From NCBI GenBank assembly GCA_002316275.1, contig DCDE01000009.1:15349-79348 (forward strand): a DNA stretch of 64,000 bases, given 5' to 3'. Origin of the DNA: a candidate division WOR-3 bacterium UBA1063. GTDB taxonomy: Bacteria; Hydrothermota; Hydrothermia; UBA1063. Of this stretch, positions 32,956 to 43,118 are shown one piece after another (the first letter of the stretch is position 1; every line of letters begins with the position of its first letter). Both the position numbers and the translations under genes were made by a program. Under the pieces are notes generated by a model. That model did not search any database, was not told where the DNA came from, and worked only from the letters and a program-made list of their open reading frames with translations.

Positions 32956-33039
32956 TTTTATTTAATTATGGAGTTGAATTTTCATCCTTGCAGTTACTGT
33001 ATTTTTGAATATTCTTAATTATTTCATCATAATTATTGT

Positions 33040-34014
33040 ATGTCTATCGCTCTCATTGGTGTAGGTTATTGGGGTAAAAATATACTGAGAAATCTCGTTG
33101 AGCTTGGCGTTCTGGAAAAGGTTCTGGATACATCACCCGAAAGGGTTAATGAATTAAAAAAACAGTACCCTAAAATTGATTTTGTTCAGGCTATTGATGA
33201 TATTCTCAGTGATAAAGACATAAAAGGCGTATGTGTAGCTACTCCCGCATTTACCCATTATCAAGTAGTTAAGCTCCTTCTACTTGCTGATAAGGATGTA
33301 TTTGTCGAGAAGCCACTTTCACTTTCTGTTTCGGAGGCAGAGGAGCTTGTTGAACTCTCAAAACTACACAACAGGATACTTATGGTTGGTCATATATTAA
33401 GGTATCACCCTGCGGTAGTAAAACTGAAGGAACTTATTAAGCAAGGCGATTTAGGGCAGATATATTATATTTACTCGAACAGACTGAATATGGGCAAGCT
33501 GCGGACCGAAGAGAACATTCTGTGGAGTTTTGCACCCCACGACATTTCTGTAATCCTCTTCCTTGTTGATGAAGAACCCTTAAAAGTTGAGGCATTCGGT
33601 GGTGCATATGTGCAGAATGGGGTCTATGACGTTACGATTACGCACTTGGAGTTTAATGGCGGAGTGAAGGGACACATATTTGTGAGCTGGTTACATCCTT
33701 TCAAAGAACAGAAACTTGTCATTGTAGGTTCAAAAAATATGGCAGTTTTCGATGATTTATCTGAAGAGAAACTATTTCTCTTCCCTCATAAGATAAGGTG
33801 GGAGCAAAGTGGGCTTCCTGTTGCAGAGAAAGCAGAAAGAATTGTGGTCCCCACTGAAAAGAAAGAACCATTAAAAGAGGAATTAATGCATTTTTTAGAG
33901 TGCATTGAAACTCGTAAAACACCGTATACTGATGCTCAGGAAGGTGTTCGGGTTCTGCGTGTACTGGAAAAGGCTCAAGAATCGTTGATTTCAGGAGGAA
34001 AAAAATATGAATAG
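33040..34014 (+). CDS. Gfo/Idh/MocA family NAD-dependent oxidoreductase (WbpB-like UDP-sugar dehydrogenase candidate)
   Basis: The Rossmann motif IALIGVGYWGKN is present, and the architecture matches the Gfo/Idh/MocA family. It is paired with a downstream hexapeptide acetyltransferase. Confidence 0.75.
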   Translation: MSIALIGVGYWGKNILRNLVELGVLEKVLDTSPERVNELKKQYPKIDFVQAIDDILSDKDIKGVCVATPAFTHYQVVKLLLLADKDVFVEKPLSLSVSEAEELVELSKLHNRILMVGHILRYHPAVVKLKELIKQGDLGQIYYIYSNRLNMGKLRTEENILWSFAPHDISVILFLVDEEPLKVEAFGGAYVQNGVYDVTITHLEFNGGVKGHIFVSWLHPFKEQKLVIVGSKNMAVFDDLSEEKLFLFPHKIRWEQSGLPVAEKAERIVVPTEKKEPLKEELMHFLECIETRKTPYTDAQEGVRVLRVLEKAQESLISGGKKYE

Positions 34015-34603
34015 CAAGGAGAAGAGGTATTTTGTCCACCCTTCAAGTTATATTGATGAAAATGTGGAAATAGGTGATGATACGAAGATATGGCATTTCT
34101 GCCACGTGATGAGAAATACAAAGATCGGAGAGAAGTGCGTATTAGGTCAAAATGTAATGGCGGGCCCGAATGTATCAATAGGAAATAGGGTTAAAATCCA
34201 AAATAATGTTAGTGTCTACGAGGGAGTGAAGCTTGAAGATGATGTGTTCTGTGGGCCATCGATGGTTTTTACTAATGTAATTAATCCGAGGTCGTTCATT
34301 GAGAGAAAACATGAGTTTAAGGAGACTCTTGTGAAAAGAGGGGCTACAATTGGTGCAAATGCTACGATTGTGTGTGGAGTTACCATAGGTAGATATGCTC
34401 TAGTAGCGGCAGGTTCTGTAGTAACGAAGGATGTCCCTGACTATGGTCTGGTAATGGGTGTCCCTGCGCGTAGAGTAGGTTGGGTGTGCAAATGCGGAAG
34501 TACCCTCAAAGTGAAAAGGGATGAGAACTTTGTATGCCAAGCATGCAGCAGTGAGTATTTGGAGAAGGGGAACAGTTTAATACCTATAGTTGAAAGGGTT
34601 TGA
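34007..34603 (+). CDS. Hexapeptide-repeat N-acetyltransferase (WbpD/WxcM-like) with a C-terminal zinc-ribbon extension
   Basis: Left-handed beta-helix repeats are present (IGDDTKIWHFCHV, IGEKCVLGQNV, IGNRVKIQNNV). The C-terminus reads CKCGSTLKVKRDENFVCQAC. It overlaps the upstream oxidoreductase by 8 bp. Confidence 0.7.
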   Translation: MNSKEKRYFVHPSSYIDENVEIGDDTKIWHFCHVMRNTKIGEKCVLGQNVMAGPNVSIGNRVKIQNNVSVYEGVKLEDDVFCGPSMVFTNVINPRSFIERKHEFKETLVKRGATIGANATIVCGVTIGRYALVAAGSVVTKDVPDYGLVMGVPARRVGWVCKCGSTLKVKRDENFVCQACSSEYLEKGNSLIPIVERV

Positions 34604-34659
34604 AGGATTGGAATTGTGAGAGTATAATATTTTATCATAGTAAAAGGAGGAATCGGAGA

Positions 34660-35892
34660 ATGAAGAAATGGATTGGTATTGTGGTAATCTTATTTGGTAT
34701 TTCAATGGCTCAGGAACCTGAACCAGTTGATTCAGCTAAAATATGGTTTTCCATTGGAGTTGACTACTTGAATAAAAACATGTATGAAGATGCACTCAGA
34801 AATTTTAAGAGGGCACTTAAGTTTAATCCCAATTTTATACCTGCTCATCTTGATATGGCAAGGGCTTATCTTGGCATTGGAACAAACTACCTTTCAAGAG
34901 GTTTGGCTGATAGTTCTAATATTTATATTGATTCTGCGGAGGTAGTTTACAGATCAATCTCTTCTATTGACTCTACGGATTCCAGAGGATGGCAAGGCTT
35001 GGGATTCATATACAGCACGATTAAGAACGATCCTCAAAAAGCTGTTGAATTTTATAATATGGCACTTTCTCTCGATCCAGAGAATGTGGATGCCGTTTAT
35101 GGATTAGCAAAGACTTACGAAAACTTAGGGGAAAAGGAGAAGGCTGATAGTGTATATAAAACGGCAATTACTAAAAACCCTAATAGTGTGAGTATTAATT
35201 ATTCTTATGGCTTATTTCTTGTGGAACTTTCAAGATTTGATGAGGCAATTCCATATCTTGAGAAAGCTTATGAAATTGGGATTGAAGATGTAGATAGGCT
35301 GAAGGAAGTTTTAAATGCAATTGTAAGGGCAAGTCTTCAAGTTGGTAAAACCAACAAGGACTACTTTAACAAGGCAGTTCATTATTCTAACATACTTATT
35401 GAGTTAGATTCTTTAAATTTCGTATACTACATTGACAGGGGTGATGCGTATGCAGGATTGGGGCGATCTAACCAGGCTCTCAAAGATTATGACAAGTCTA
35501 TAGAACTTTCCGGAGGTAACCCTGCTGCTTACATTAAAAAAGCAATGTACCTTACATATGACTTAAAAAGGTATAACGATGCGATTTCCGTACTCCAGAA
35601 CTTATTAGAATCAGAAAATTTAAGCGATTATTATAGAGCTCTCGGCAATTTCCTTCTTGGTGATTGTTATTTTAACGTTGGAAATGCGAACTATCAGGCT
35701 GCTAAAGCCCGTAGCAATAGAGATGGTGCCGGAGATGCTGTTAGGTATTATGAAAGGGCAAAGGAGGCATATAACACTGCGCTCAGGTATGCAGACGCTT
35801 CACTAAGGGATCAAATTGCCAGGAGATTAGACCTTGCTGAAAGTAATAGATCCAAAGCCTTTGGGGTGTGGAAAGGCATTGAGCCATGGTGA
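34660..35892 (+). CDS. Secreted tetratricopeptide-repeat protein
   Basis: RBS aaaaggagg lies 9 nt before ATG 34660. The signal is MKKWIGIVVILFGISMAQ. Multiple TPR-like AL..Y..AL repeats follow. Confidence 0.7.
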   Translation: MKKWIGIVVILFGISMAQEPEPVDSAKIWFSIGVDYLNKNMYEDALRNFKRALKFNPNFIPAHLDMARAYLGIGTNYLSRGLADSSNIYIDSAEVVYRSISSIDSTDSRGWQGLGFIYSTIKNDPQKAVEFYNMALSLDPENVDAVYGLAKTYENLGEKEKADSVYKTAITKNPNSVSINYSYGLFLVELSRFDEAIPYLEKAYEIGIEDVDRLKEVLNAIVRASLQVGKTNKDYFNKAVHYSNILIELDSLNFVYYIDRGDAYAGLGRSNQALKDYDKSIELSGGNPAAYIKKAMYLTYDLKRYNDAISVLQNLLESENLSDYYRALGNFLLGDCYFNVGNANYQAAKARSNRDGAGDAVRYYERAKEAYNTALRYADASLRDQIARRLDLAESNRSKAFGVWKGIEPW

Positions 35893-36394
35893 TGTTTTAG
35901 TACTAAATTACGATTATACGCCTCTTGACGTTTTAAGCGTTAGAAAAGCGGTTAGGCTTGTTGTATTAAAAAAGGCTGAAGCGGTGTATTACCAGGATGG
36001 GCTTTATTGGAGAGCTGAAAACTTAACTGTAAGGCTTCCAAGTGTATTAAGGCTACGGTATCATATTCCTTTGAAATATAGAGAAGTCCCACTTACTAAG
36101 AAGAATATACTTAGAAGGGATGGTTTCACATGTCAGTATTGCGGCTCCAATCAGGGGCCAATGACCGTTGACCATGTAATTCCAAAGCGGCTTGGTGGGG
36201 CGGATACATGGAATAATCTTGTTTGTGCCTGTTTCAAATGTAACAATAGGAAAGGAGATAACGTTCCCGAAGAGGCTGGTATGAAGTTGTTAAGGGTACC
36301 GAAACGTCCAACATATTTAACTTTACTATTCACCAGCATCAAAGTTACCGATGACAGATGGAAGGAATTTTTGTTTGAATTGTGGTTACAATAA
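35834..36394 (+). CDS. HNH endonuclease family protein
   Basis: Has the HNH motif CQYCGSNQGPMTVDHVIPKRLGGADTWNNLVCACFKCNNRKGD. The exact start is uncertain and overlaps the 3' end of the TPR gene. Confidence 0.7.
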   Translation: MLKVIDPKPLGCGKALSHGDVLVLNYDYTPLDVLSVRKAVRLVVLKKAEAVYYQDGLYWRAENLTVRLPSVLRLRYHIPLKYREVPLTKKNILRRDGFTCQYCGSNQGPMTVDHVIPKRLGGADTWNNLVCACFKCNNRKGDNVPEEAGMKLLRVPKRPTYLTLLFTSIKVTDDRWKEFLFELWLQ

Positions 36395-37581
36395 TTGTAC
36401 TTTTATTGTGGGCTTCTCCCGAGTTTTTTGTGCGTTCGAGATTTATTAATGACAGTACACTGGATACGATTACAAGAGACGTTGATGTAACATTGCCTGA
36501 CACAGTATTGGCAAGACTTATCTCAGAGAGAATGATTTCATACCTTGAAAATTATGGGGTTATCAATCCAGAAATAAATGTTCAGATTGAGGATAGTAAC
36601 GATGAGCGGCATTTTATATTTGATGTTGAGAATGAAAACATCATTTTTTTTGACCGAGCATCTATTCAAATCGGCGACAAAATCAGAAGTTATAAATGGT
36701 GTTACAAGGATTTCTTATACAATGGGGTCTACCTTGGGAAAAAGTTTCAGGAGACTTCTAACTTTCTCTCAACTCTTGGCGTCTTTGAAGTGAAGGATTA
36801 TTATTTTGCGAAGAATGAGGATAACGAGTGGAATTTTGTTGTTGTGGGGAACCGTGATTTCAGTCCCCCGGTTTTTCTATGTGCCTATGAGCAAAATGTT
36901 TTTTCCGCATTTGCAAAGATTGGGATGACTTCATTAAATATTTACCCATTAAAATTTGCGTTTTCTTTCAATTTAAAAGGGAAAGACTTTAATAACCTTA
37001 ATGCTGAAATTTTGTTCCCCCTGTCTATTTCCCGTGGGCTATATCTTAAATTGAAAGGTGGTTACGGTGCTTCAGCAAGTTTTTTTAACGTATCGACAGG
37101 AGGAGCGTCAAATAATGTGGATATCAGCGCTAATTTTGGATGGAAGATGGGACAGCCATTTATAGGTTTTAAAGCTGCTTTAGATAGAAAAGAATTTCGA
37201 ACTATTATTAATGGTCAGTACGGAGCAGCCCTTCAACACTTGATTTTTGTGGAGTATGAGAAGCAGGGGACCTTCTCTCCTGGGTTTACCATATTAAAGA
37301 CAAACATAATTGAGAAATATCCGTTCAAAACTGGGTATGTGTCAGTTAAATTAGGTAAACCGATTATCGAACTCTCCTTGAAACTTTTTGGAGTTGTACT
37401 TTCAAGAACTTTTACTAATCCCGGAAGCACAGGACTTGGATTCTCTCTACCGATAAGTTTCGGGAACATTTACTTTGGGTTTTCCTTAAATGATGGTGGC
37501 GACTTTCTACGGGACCTTAATATTGAATTTTTTTTGTTTAGGAAATCGCTTTCATTTGATTATCTTTCAGAGTTTAATTAA
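36382..37581 (+). CDS. Hypothetical beta-strand-rich protein (possible outer-membrane protein)
   Basis: The 399-aa product has alternating hydrophobic strands and Gly/Asn/Ser-rich turns. I recognised no known domain. Confidence 0.35.
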   Translation: MVTIIVLLLWASPEFFVRSRFINDSTLDTITRDVDVTLPDTVLARLISERMISYLENYGVINPEINVQIEDSNDERHFIFDVENENIIFFDRASIQIGDKIRSYKWCYKDFLYNGVYLGKKFQETSNFLSTLGVFEVKDYYFAKNEDNEWNFVVVGNRDFSPPVFLCAYEQNVFSAFAKIGMTSLNIYPLKFAFSFNLKGKDFNNLNAEILFPLSISRGLYLKLKGGYGASASFFNVSTGGASNNVDISANFGWKMGQPFIGFKAALDRKEFRTIINGQYGAALQHLIFVEYEKQGTFSPGFTILKTNIIEKYPFKTGYVSVKLGKPIIELSLKLFGVVLSRTFTNPGSTGLGFSLPISFGNIYFGFSLNDGGDFLRDLNIEFFLFRKSLSFDYLSEFN

Positions 37582-37609
37582 AATTATCTAACTTCCGAGG
37601 GAGGGAAGA

Positions 37610-39760
37610 ATGGAGTATAGTTATTTATTCTGGTTTGCACCATTGGGATCAATTCTTGCCTTACTATTTGCAGTATATCTAAGTAAATCTGTCTACAAGG
37701 AAGATGAAGGACTTCCAGTGATGAGGGAAATCGCCAATGCTGTTCGAGAAGGTGCAACGGCTTACTTAAAGAGGCAATATCTTGTAGTTACAATATTTTT
37801 TGTCATAACATTTTTAATACTTCTGGTTTTGGCTCTTTATGATTTTCAGCCAATTTTCGTTCCCTTCGCTTTCATCACCGGGGGCTTCTTCTCCGGACTT
37901 TCTGGGTACATAGGCATGAGTGTTGCTACACGTGCAAGTTCCAGAACTGCAAATGCTGCGAGGAGCAGTTTAAATAAGGCTCTTCGGGTCGCCTTCAAGG
38001 CTGGTGCAGTTATGGGGATGGTGGTAGTGGGACTCGCCCTTCTTGATATTAGTATATGGTTTTCTTTCCTTAAATGGTACTATGGAACAGTGCAGGGATT
38101 TGCTGGAAATGAACTTATGGATGCTATTACTTTTACAATGCTGAGTTTTGGAATGGGTGCCTCTTCTCAGGCTCTTTTTGCACGTGTAGGAGGTGGCATA
38201 TTTACAAAAGCTGCTGATGTTGGGGCAGATCTTGTCGGAAAGGCTGAGATAGGTATTCCCGAAGATGACCCGCGGAACCCTGCAGTTATTGCTGATAATG
38301 TGGGAGATAATGTGGGGGATGTTGCTGGCATGGGGGCAGATCTTTATGAATCTTATGCAGGTTCTTTGATTGCTACCATGTCTCTTGCTGCTTCTGCAAA
38401 ACTTGGTTTTAGAGGAGTTGTGCTTCCAATGGTTATTGCAGGAATTGGAGTGATAGCATCTATCATAGGTACTTTCTTTGTTAGCACAAAGGAGGATGTC
38501 TCGCAAAAAGCACTCCTTGCGGCCTTAAGACGTGGAGTATGGGGCACGTCTTTACTTGTGGTTATTTTTTCATATTTAGCATGCCGTTTTATATTGCCAC
38601 CGGAGCACTTCGGTATATACTGGGCAATAGTTGCTGGGCTTGTGGCAGGTGTCCTAATAGGGTTCTTCACCGAGTATTACACTTCCGATAATTATAAGCC
38701 TACCATTTTAGTCGCAAGGTCATCCTTGACGGGGCATGCGACGGTTGTAATAGAGGGGATTGCAAATGGGATGTTTTCTACGTTAATTCCAGTGATTTCA
38801 GTTGTAGCTGCTATTTTAGTTAGTTTCTTCGTTTCAGGTGGCTTACATAGTGCTTCTCTTGGTCTTTATGGGATTGGCCTTGCTGCAGTTGGTATGCTCT
38901 CAACACTTGGGATCACCCTTGCTACAGATGCTTATGGTCCTGTTGCTGATAACGCCGGTGGAAATGCAGAAATGTCACACTTACCAGAGGAGGTGAGGAA
39001 GAGGACCGATGCCCTTGATGGCCTCGGTAATACCACGGCGGCTACTGGTAAAGGTTTTGCAATAGGTTCTGCGGCTTTGACAGCCCTTGCGTTAATTGCA
39101 GCATACTGGAATGATGTTTCTCTGTGGGTAGAAAAGCTTGGCCTTTCAAGTAATGATAATTTCATGACATTTATTGTACCCGTGCTTACGGATCCGCTAA
39201 CTATTTGTGGTGTTTTCATTGGGGCAATGATGCCGTTTCTATTTTCTTCAATGACTTTAAAAGCTGTTGGGAGAGCTGCTCAGAGCATAGTAGAAGAAGT
39301 AAGAAGGCAGTTTAAGGAGATAGTTGGCCTCCTTGAGGGTTCTGCGAAGCCTGACTATGCAAGGGCGGTTTATATTTGTACTCGAACTGCTCAAAAAGAA
39401 ATGATTGCACCAGCTCTTACGGCTATCGTTGTTCCTATAATTGTTGGTCTTCTGATGGGGCCATCCGGTGTTATAGGTCTTCTCTGTGGAGCTCTTGCAA
39501 GTGGGTTTGTGGTGGCACTTTTTATGGCTAATTCAGGTGCTTCATGGGACAATGCAAAAAAGTATATTGAGAAAGGTAATTTTGGCGGGAAGGGAAGTGA
39601 AGCCCATAGAGCAGGCATTACAGGTGATACAGTGGGTGATCCCTTTAAGGATACTGCTGGGCCTTCACTTAATATTCTTATAAAGCTGATGTCTATGGTT
39701 TCAATAGTTTTTGCAGGGTTTGTAGTTAAGTATTCACTTGTGAGGTTTATAATAAAATGA
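37610..39760 (+). CDS. hppA: Membrane-bound K+-dependent-type ion-translocating pyrophosphatase (V-PPase)
   Basis: It has 15-16 TM helices and the hallmarks GGGIFTKAADVGADLVGK, DNVGDNVGDVAGMGADL and GNTTAATGKGFAIGSAAL. GNTTAA rather than GNTTKA suggests the K+-dependent subclass. Confidence 0.9.
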   Translation: MEYSYLFWFAPLGSILALLFAVYLSKSVYKEDEGLPVMREIANAVREGATAYLKRQYLVVTIFFVITFLILLVLALYDFQPIFVPFAFITGGFFSGLSGYIGMSVATRASSRTANAARSSLNKALRVAFKAGAVMGMVVVGLALLDISIWFSFLKWYYGTVQGFAGNELMDAITFTMLSFGMGASSQALFARVGGGIFTKAADVGADLVGKAEIGIPEDDPRNPAVIADNVGDNVGDVAGMGADLYESYAGSLIATMSLAASAKLGFRGVVLPMVIAGIGVIASIIGTFFVSTKEDVSQKALLAALRRGVWGTSLLVVIFSYLACRFILPPEHFGIYWAIVAGLVAGVLIGFFTEYYTSDNYKPTILVARSSLTGHATVVIEGIANGMFSTLIPVISVVAAILVSFFVSGGLHSASLGLYGIGLAAVGMLSTLGITLATDAYGPVADNAGGNAEMSHLPEEVRKRTDALDGLGNTTAATGKGFAIGSAALTALALIAAYWNDVSLWVEKLGLSSNDNFMTFIVPVLTDPLTICGVFIGAMMPFLFSSMTLKAVGRAAQSIVEEVRRQFKEIVGLLEGSAKPDYARAVYICTRTAQKEMIAPALTAIVVPIIVGLLMGPSGVIGLLCGALASGFVVALFMANSGASWDNAKKYIEKGNFGGKGSEAHRAGITGDTVGDPFKDTAGPSLNILIKLMSMVSIVFAGFVVKYSLVRFIIK

Positions 39761-40701
39761 CAAATCCCGGAGAAATTAAGTTAATCAGCGGCACTCATTC
39801 CAGAGTGTTATTAGAAGCCGTTTCAAAATACCTTGGCATTGACCTATGTGACCACGAGGTGACGCGTTTTAGAGACGGTGAAATTAGGGTTCAAGTTAAG
39901 GAGAGTGTTAGAGGTCATGATGTGTTTGTAATCCAGTCGACAGAGCCACCGTCGGATAACCTGCTGGAATTGTTACTCTTAGTTGATGCTGTGAAGCGTG
40001 CTTCTGCAAAAAGGATTACTGCTGTTGTCCCCTACTTTGGATATGCTCGCCAGGACAGAAAGGATCAGCCCAGAGTCCCAATTTCTGCGAAACTTATTGC
40101 GAATTTGATACAGGTTGCCGGTACTTCAAGGGTTCTTTCCTTAGACTTACATGCGGACCAAATTCAAGGTTTTTTTGATATACCAGTTGATAATCTTTAT
40201 GCGACACCAGTTTTTAAAGGGTACTTTGATAATCTGGACGCGAATGAAGACCTTGTTGTCGCTCCTGATGTTGGGGCTACTAAGAGAGCCAGGGCATTTG
40301 CGAGGAGACTCGGGAATGTCCCTATTGCACTTATTGATAAGAGGCGTCCCGAACCCAACAAGGCTGAGGTAGTTAATGTTGTTGGAGATGTTGCAGGTAA
40401 AAGGTGCCTTCTAGTCGATGATATTATTGATACTGGAAGTACCATTGTAGAGGCAGCAAAAGCACTGATTGAAAATGGTGCTAAAGAGGTTAGGGTAGTT
40501 GCCACCCATGCATTATTTTCAGATGATTGTGTGGAAAAGATAGAAAAGTCTGAAATTGCAGAAGTCGTAGTAACTGATTCGGTCCCGAGGGTGCTTACTC
40601 TGAATCATGATAAAATTAAAGTTCTATCGATAGCACCTTTAATTGGGGATGCAATTAGAAGAATTCATGAAGAACTCTCCGTAAGTTCGCTGTTTATTTA
40701 A
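39757..40701 (+). CDS. prs: Ribose-phosphate pyrophosphokinase
   Basis: The motifs DLHADQIQGFFDIPVDNL and the PRPP-binding loop LLVDDIIDTGSTI are present. Confidence 0.9.
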   Translation: MTNPGEIKLISGTHSRVLLEAVSKYLGIDLCDHEVTRFRDGEIRVQVKESVRGHDVFVIQSTEPPSDNLLELLLLVDAVKRASAKRITAVVPYFGYARQDRKDQPRVPISAKLIANLIQVAGTSRVLSLDLHADQIQGFFDIPVDNLYATPVFKGYFDNLDANEDLVVAPDVGATKRARAFARRLGNVPIALIDKRRPEPNKAEVVNVVGDVAGKRCLLVDDIIDTGSTIVEAAKALIENGAKEVRVVATHALFSDDCVEKIEKSEIAEVVVTDSVPRVLTLNHDKIKVLSIAPLIGDAIRRIHEELSVSSLFI

Positions 40702-40719
40702 ATTTTAGAGGAGGATATT

Positions 40720-41349
40720 ATGGAGCTTGAAGTAAAATTGAGAGATAAAACAGGGAAGGAGGCTTCTAAGAAACTAAGAAGGAATGGCTGGATTCCCGGA
40801 GTAGTCTATGGTGCTGGTGAAAAAAATCTTCATGTTATGGCTTCAGCTGATCAAATTCAGAATATTATGAAAGAGATGCACGGTGCGACGAAGGTATTAA
40901 AGATGAAACTTGGTGGGAAGCATAAAGATGTTTTTTTGAAACATATTGACAGAGATCCGGTGACAGGTAAAGTAATTCATGTTGATCTTCAAGTGGTACA
41001 CAAAGGCGAGGAGATCCATGTTGAGGTACCTGTGGAAATTCAGGGCACTGCCAAAGGTACAAAGCTGGGAGGTGTACTTGAAGTTATACACTGGCGCATT
41101 CCTGTAAGAGGTGATATTACAAAAATTCCGCCAAGTATAGAAATCGATGTATCTGATCTTGATATTAATGATTCAATTCATGTAAGAGATTTGAAACTCG
41201 ATGTGGTGAAACCCTTACTGAATGAAGACGAGGCAATTGTTGTTGTCTTACCTCCTAAGAAGATGGAAGAAGAGAAACCCGTTGAAGCTGAGATAGAGGC
41301 TGAAGAAGCTGCGGGAGAAGAAGAGGAAGAGGGCGAAGGCGAAAAGTAG
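40720..41349 (+). CDS. rplY: 50S ribosomal protein L25 / general stress protein Ctc
   Basis: The N-terminus KLRRNGWIPGVVYG matches. An acidic C-terminal tail is present. Confidence 0.85.
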   Translation: MELEVKLRDKTGKEASKKLRRNGWIPGVVYGAGEKNLHVMASADQIQNIMKEMHGATKVLKMKLGGKHKDVFLKHIDRDPVTGKVIHVDLQVVHKGEEIHVEVPVEIQGTAKGTKLGGVLEVIHWRIPVRGDITKIPPSIEIDVSDLDINDSIHVRDLKLDVVKPLLNEDEAIVVVLPPKKMEEEKPVEAEIEAEEAAGEEEEEGEGEK

Positions 41350-41359
41350 ACACTTCAGT

Positions 41360-41935
41360 GTGAGGATATTTCTTGTTGGTTTAGGAAATGCAGATAAGTT
41401 GTATGTGAATACAAGGCATAATATTGGTCATATCTTTATAGATTACGTTGTAAAGGAGCTTGGTTTAAATTTAATTGCTGGAAAAGGTGAATATGCCTAT
41501 ACGGGCGTTGGTAACTTCTTTATATTCAAAAATCTCACGTATATGAACGTTTCAGGATCTGCTGTTAAGAAGATTGCACAAGATTTTAATATCGAAGTTG
41601 AAAAGGAGCTGTTTATCTGTCACGATGATCTTGATATGGCTCCTTACACTGTGAAGGCAAAGTACGGGGGAGGTTCCGGAGGGCATAAAGGGATTGAATC
41701 GTGTATTTTCCACCTCGAGACAGAAAACTTCTACAGAGTAAAATTTGGGATAGGTAAATCGGTGTCTCTTGAGCCTAAAGAATATGTGCTCTCACCACTG
41801 AGTCCCGACGAATTGATTCTCTTTGAAGAATCCTTTAAGATTGCCTTTGATGGTTTGAATATTATGGTGAAAGAAGGCATTGGTAAAGGAATTACCTATA
41901 TCAACACAAAGGGAAGACGTTTGGCTGATGGATAA
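41360..41935 (+). CDS. pth: Peptidyl-tRNA hydrolase
   Basis: MRIFLVGLGNADKLYVNTRHNIGHIFIDYV and ICHDDLD are present. Confidence 0.9.
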   Translation: MRIFLVGLGNADKLYVNTRHNIGHIFIDYVVKELGLNLIAGKGEYAYTGVGNFFIFKNLTYMNVSGSAVKKIAQDFNIEVEKELFICHDDLDMAPYTVKAKYGGGSGGHKGIESCIFHLETENFYRVKFGIGKSVSLEPKEYVLSPLSPDELILFEESFKIAFDGLNIMVKEGIGKGITYINTKGRRLADG

Positions 41936-42158
41936 CTTAGATTTCAGATTTTGTTATGAGAGAGGCCTTAAGTTTTACCGCGCAGGGAAACTATTCGAAG
42001 CGAAATCTTATCTGAGGAGAGCCTTTTTAATATGGCCTTGGGATGCGAATTTAAAGAGATTGCTTGAAGAAATAGATAAGGAAATAAGCGGTAGATCGAA
42101 ACAAAAAGGAGTAGAAAACTATGCCAGGGATACGACCAGGAATGGCTTTGAGATATGA
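41928..42158 (+). CDS. Small hypothetical protein (single TPR-like motif), possibly spurious
   Basis: The 76-aa ORF runs from ATG 41928. It overlaps pth by 8 bp and efp by 38 bp, and it has no RBS. It could equally be the efp 5' leader. Confidence 0.25.
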   Translation: MDNLDFRFCYERGLKFYRAGKLFEAKSYLRRAFLIWPWDANLKRLLEEIDKEISGRSKQKGVENYARDTTRNGFEI

Positions 42159-42669
42159 GGGTGAGCTTTATCTTGTAGTGAATTATCAGCATATTCACAT
42201 GGGTAGGGGTGGCGCAACCATTAGAACAAGGCTGAAGAACCTGATAACAGGTCAAGTAAAAGAGATTAGCTTGCGAGATTCTGACGAATTTGAGGAAGTG
42301 TCATTAGAAAGAAAAAGTGCGCATTTATCCTATATTGAGGGAGAAAATTATCATTTTTTAGAATCGGATACGTTCGAGGACATTACATTTACACGGGATC
42401 ACCTTGGGGATGCAATATACTATCTTAAGGAGGGGGATGAAGTAACCGTTCTTTATGCTGATGGTGGTCCAATCAATATCGAACTCCCTACTTATGTTGT
42501 TCTCGAGGTGGTGGAAACGGACCCGGGGCTTAGGGGTGACACTGCCTCTGGTGGGTCCAAGCCTGCTAAGCTTGAGACTGGTCTTGTTATTCAGGTGCCA
42601 CTGTTTGTTAAGGTTGGAGATAAGTTGAAGATTGATACAAGAACAGGGGAGTACATTGAGAGGGTTTAG
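42121..42669 (+). CDS. efp: Elongation factor P
   Basis: ...[29 protein letters not shown] matches the EF-P KOW-like N-domain, and three OB-fold domains follow. Confidence 0.9.
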   Translation: MPGIRPGMALRYEGELYLVVNYQHIHMGRGGATIRTRLKNLITGQVKEISLRDSDEFEEVSLERKSAHLSYIEGENYHFLESDTFEDITFTRDHLGDAIYYLKEGDEVTVLYADGGPINIELPTYVVLEVVETDPGLRGDTASGGSKPAKLETGLVIQVPLFVKVGDKLKIDTRTGEYIERV

Positions 42670-42671
42670 TT

Positions 42672-43118
42672 ATGAAAACTAAGGATTTAGAAAAGTTGCT
42701 CGCCTTTATGGATGAGCATGGGCTTCAGGAACTTGAACTCAGCCGCCTTTTTTATCGTATAAGGATTAAAAAGTGTTCTGGGTTGGAAAATGAAAGGGTG
42801 TATGAAATCTCGAGTGGTAAAGCGGGAAATGTAAGGGTAGTTGAAGCAGAGAGAAAAGAGGAAGCTGATGATCGTTATCACAAAATTCTTTCCCCTATGG
42901 TAGGCACCTTTTATAGGAGTCCTTCTCCCGGTGCAGAGCCTTTCGTAAACGAAGGTGATACGGTTAAAAAGGGCCAGGTGCTCTGTATTATTGAGGCAAT
43001 GAAAGTGATGAACGAGATTGAGTCTGATGTTTCAGGTAGAGTGGTAAAGATACTAGTTGAAAACGGTAAACCCGTGGAGTATAACCAACCTCTTTTCCTG
43101 ATTGAAGCAGAAATTTGA
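42672..43118 (+). CDS. accB: Biotin carboxyl carrier protein of acetyl-CoA carboxylase
   Basis: The C-terminal biotinyl domain [41 protein letters not shown] carries the AMK biotinylation motif. Confidence 0.85.
   Translation: MKTKDLEKLLAFMDEHGLQELELSRLFYRIRIKKCSGLENERVYEISSGKAGNVRVVEAERKEEADDRYHKILSPMVGTFYRSPSPGAEPFVNEGDTVKKGQVLCIIEAMKVMNEIESDVSGRVVKILVENGKPVEYNQPLFLIEAEI

Noticed and set aside
37970-38670. Antisense ORFs (178 aa, 105 aa) inside hppA
   Set aside because: They lie opposite a highly conserved V-PPase coding region and are shadow ORFs.
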